Positions 37,788 through 38,288 of a stretch of DNA of 38,288 bases are shown one piece after another; position 1 is the stretch's first letter; every line of letters starts with the position of its first letter. The notes below the pieces were generated by a model. It saw only the letters and a list, made by a program, of their open reading frames with translations, did not search any database and had not been told where the DNA came from. Location of the stretch: positions 1-38,288 of the forward strand of contig JAZDOA010000151.1 of the NCBI GenBank assembly GCA_043799175.1, given 5' to 3'. The stretch comes from Pseudomonadota bacterium (GTDB lineage Bacteria; Desulfobacterota; JAZDOA01). The position numbers and the translations under genes were made by a program.

Positions 37788-38288
37788 TCACAACGCCCTG
37801 GCGACCAGATCGCCCACCTGTGAGGTAGAATAGCCCATTTTGCCCGCCGACAGGCTCTTGAGCTTCAACACCGTGGCCTTCACCGCCGACTCTATGCGCC
37901 GGGCCGCGCCGTCTTCGCCCAACTGGGCCATCATCATGGCCGCCGCCCCAATGGCCGCCAGGGGGTTGATGACCCCAAGGCCGGTGTACTTTGGGGCCGA
38001 GCCGCCGATAGGCTCGAACATGGAAGTGCCTTCCGGGTTGATGTTACCGCCCGCGGCGATGCCCATGCCGCCCTGGATCATGGCCCCCAGGTCGGTGATG
38101 ATGTCGCCGAACATGTTGTCAGTGACGATGACGTCAAACCACTCCGGATTCTTCACCATCCACATGCAGGTGGCATCGACGTGGGCATAGTCGCAGGTTA
38201 TGTCCGGGTATTCCACGGCCACCTCATGGAAGGCGCGCTCCCAGAGATCAAAGGCAAAGGTCAGGACGTTGGTCTTGCCGCACAGGGT
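37788..38288 (-). CDS. leuB: Isopropylmalate/isocitrate dehydrogenase family protein, probably 3-isopropylmalate dehydrogenase; 5' end beyond window
   Basis: C-terminal 166 aa '...NMFGDIITDLGAMIQGGMGIAAGGNINPEG...SAPKYTGLGVINPLAAIGAAAMMM' is typical of the beta-decarboxylating dehydrogenase family. The reading frame is open to the window edge. Confidence 0.6.
   Translation of the reverse strand, partial: TLCGKTNVLTFAFDLWERAFHEVAVEYPDITCDYAHVDATCMWMVKNPEWFDVIVTDNMFGDIITDLGAMIQGGMGIAAGGNINPEGTSMFEPIGGSAPKYTGLGVINPLAAIGAAAMMMAQLGEDGAARRIESAVKATVLKLKSLSAGKMGYSTSQVGDLVARAL

Overview
This is a high-GC bacterial chromosome segment with compact, often overlapping genes, and all calls below rest on motif reading by eye. 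The left ~24 kb (1..24364) reads as a defence/accessory island ending at a tRNA-Lys(CTT) gene on the minus strand (24289..24364). Island content, left to right:
- a Type III restriction-modification operon (mod, res) with an MNT nucleotidyltransferase antitoxin and an N-terminally truncated HepT toxin wedged between mod and res;
- a complete type I Zorya system (zorABCD), whose ZorD carries an SNF2 ATPase plus a C-terminal Mrr-like nuclease domain;
- a flotillin/SPFH membrane protein with three to four tandem ~73-aa N-terminal repeats, the whole gene bracketed by ~65-bp imperfect direct repeats that duplicate the 3' end of the neighbouring histidine-kinase gene;
- a minus-strand kaiC-kaiB-kaiB-PAS histidine kinase operon;
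- a secreted Sel1-repeat protein;
- a stand-alone paralogue of the C-terminal nuclease region of the Type III Res subunit;
- a Panacea-domain (antitoxin-type) protein coupled to an uncharacterised 230-aa ORF with possible MazF/PemK-like strand motifs, driven by an AT-rich sigma70-like promoter.
Right of the tRNA is ordinary core genome: mtgA, an sbcD/sbcC-like exonuclease pair, amt-glnK, a NUDIX hydrolase, an AMMECR1 protein, coaD, rsmD, a class II aldolase, asd and a partial leuB-family dehydrogenase. No CRISPR array, integrase or transposase was recognised. The most novel-looking elements are the direct-repeat-flanked SPFH cassette, the Panacea/230-aa pair and the helicase-less Res-nuclease paralogue.
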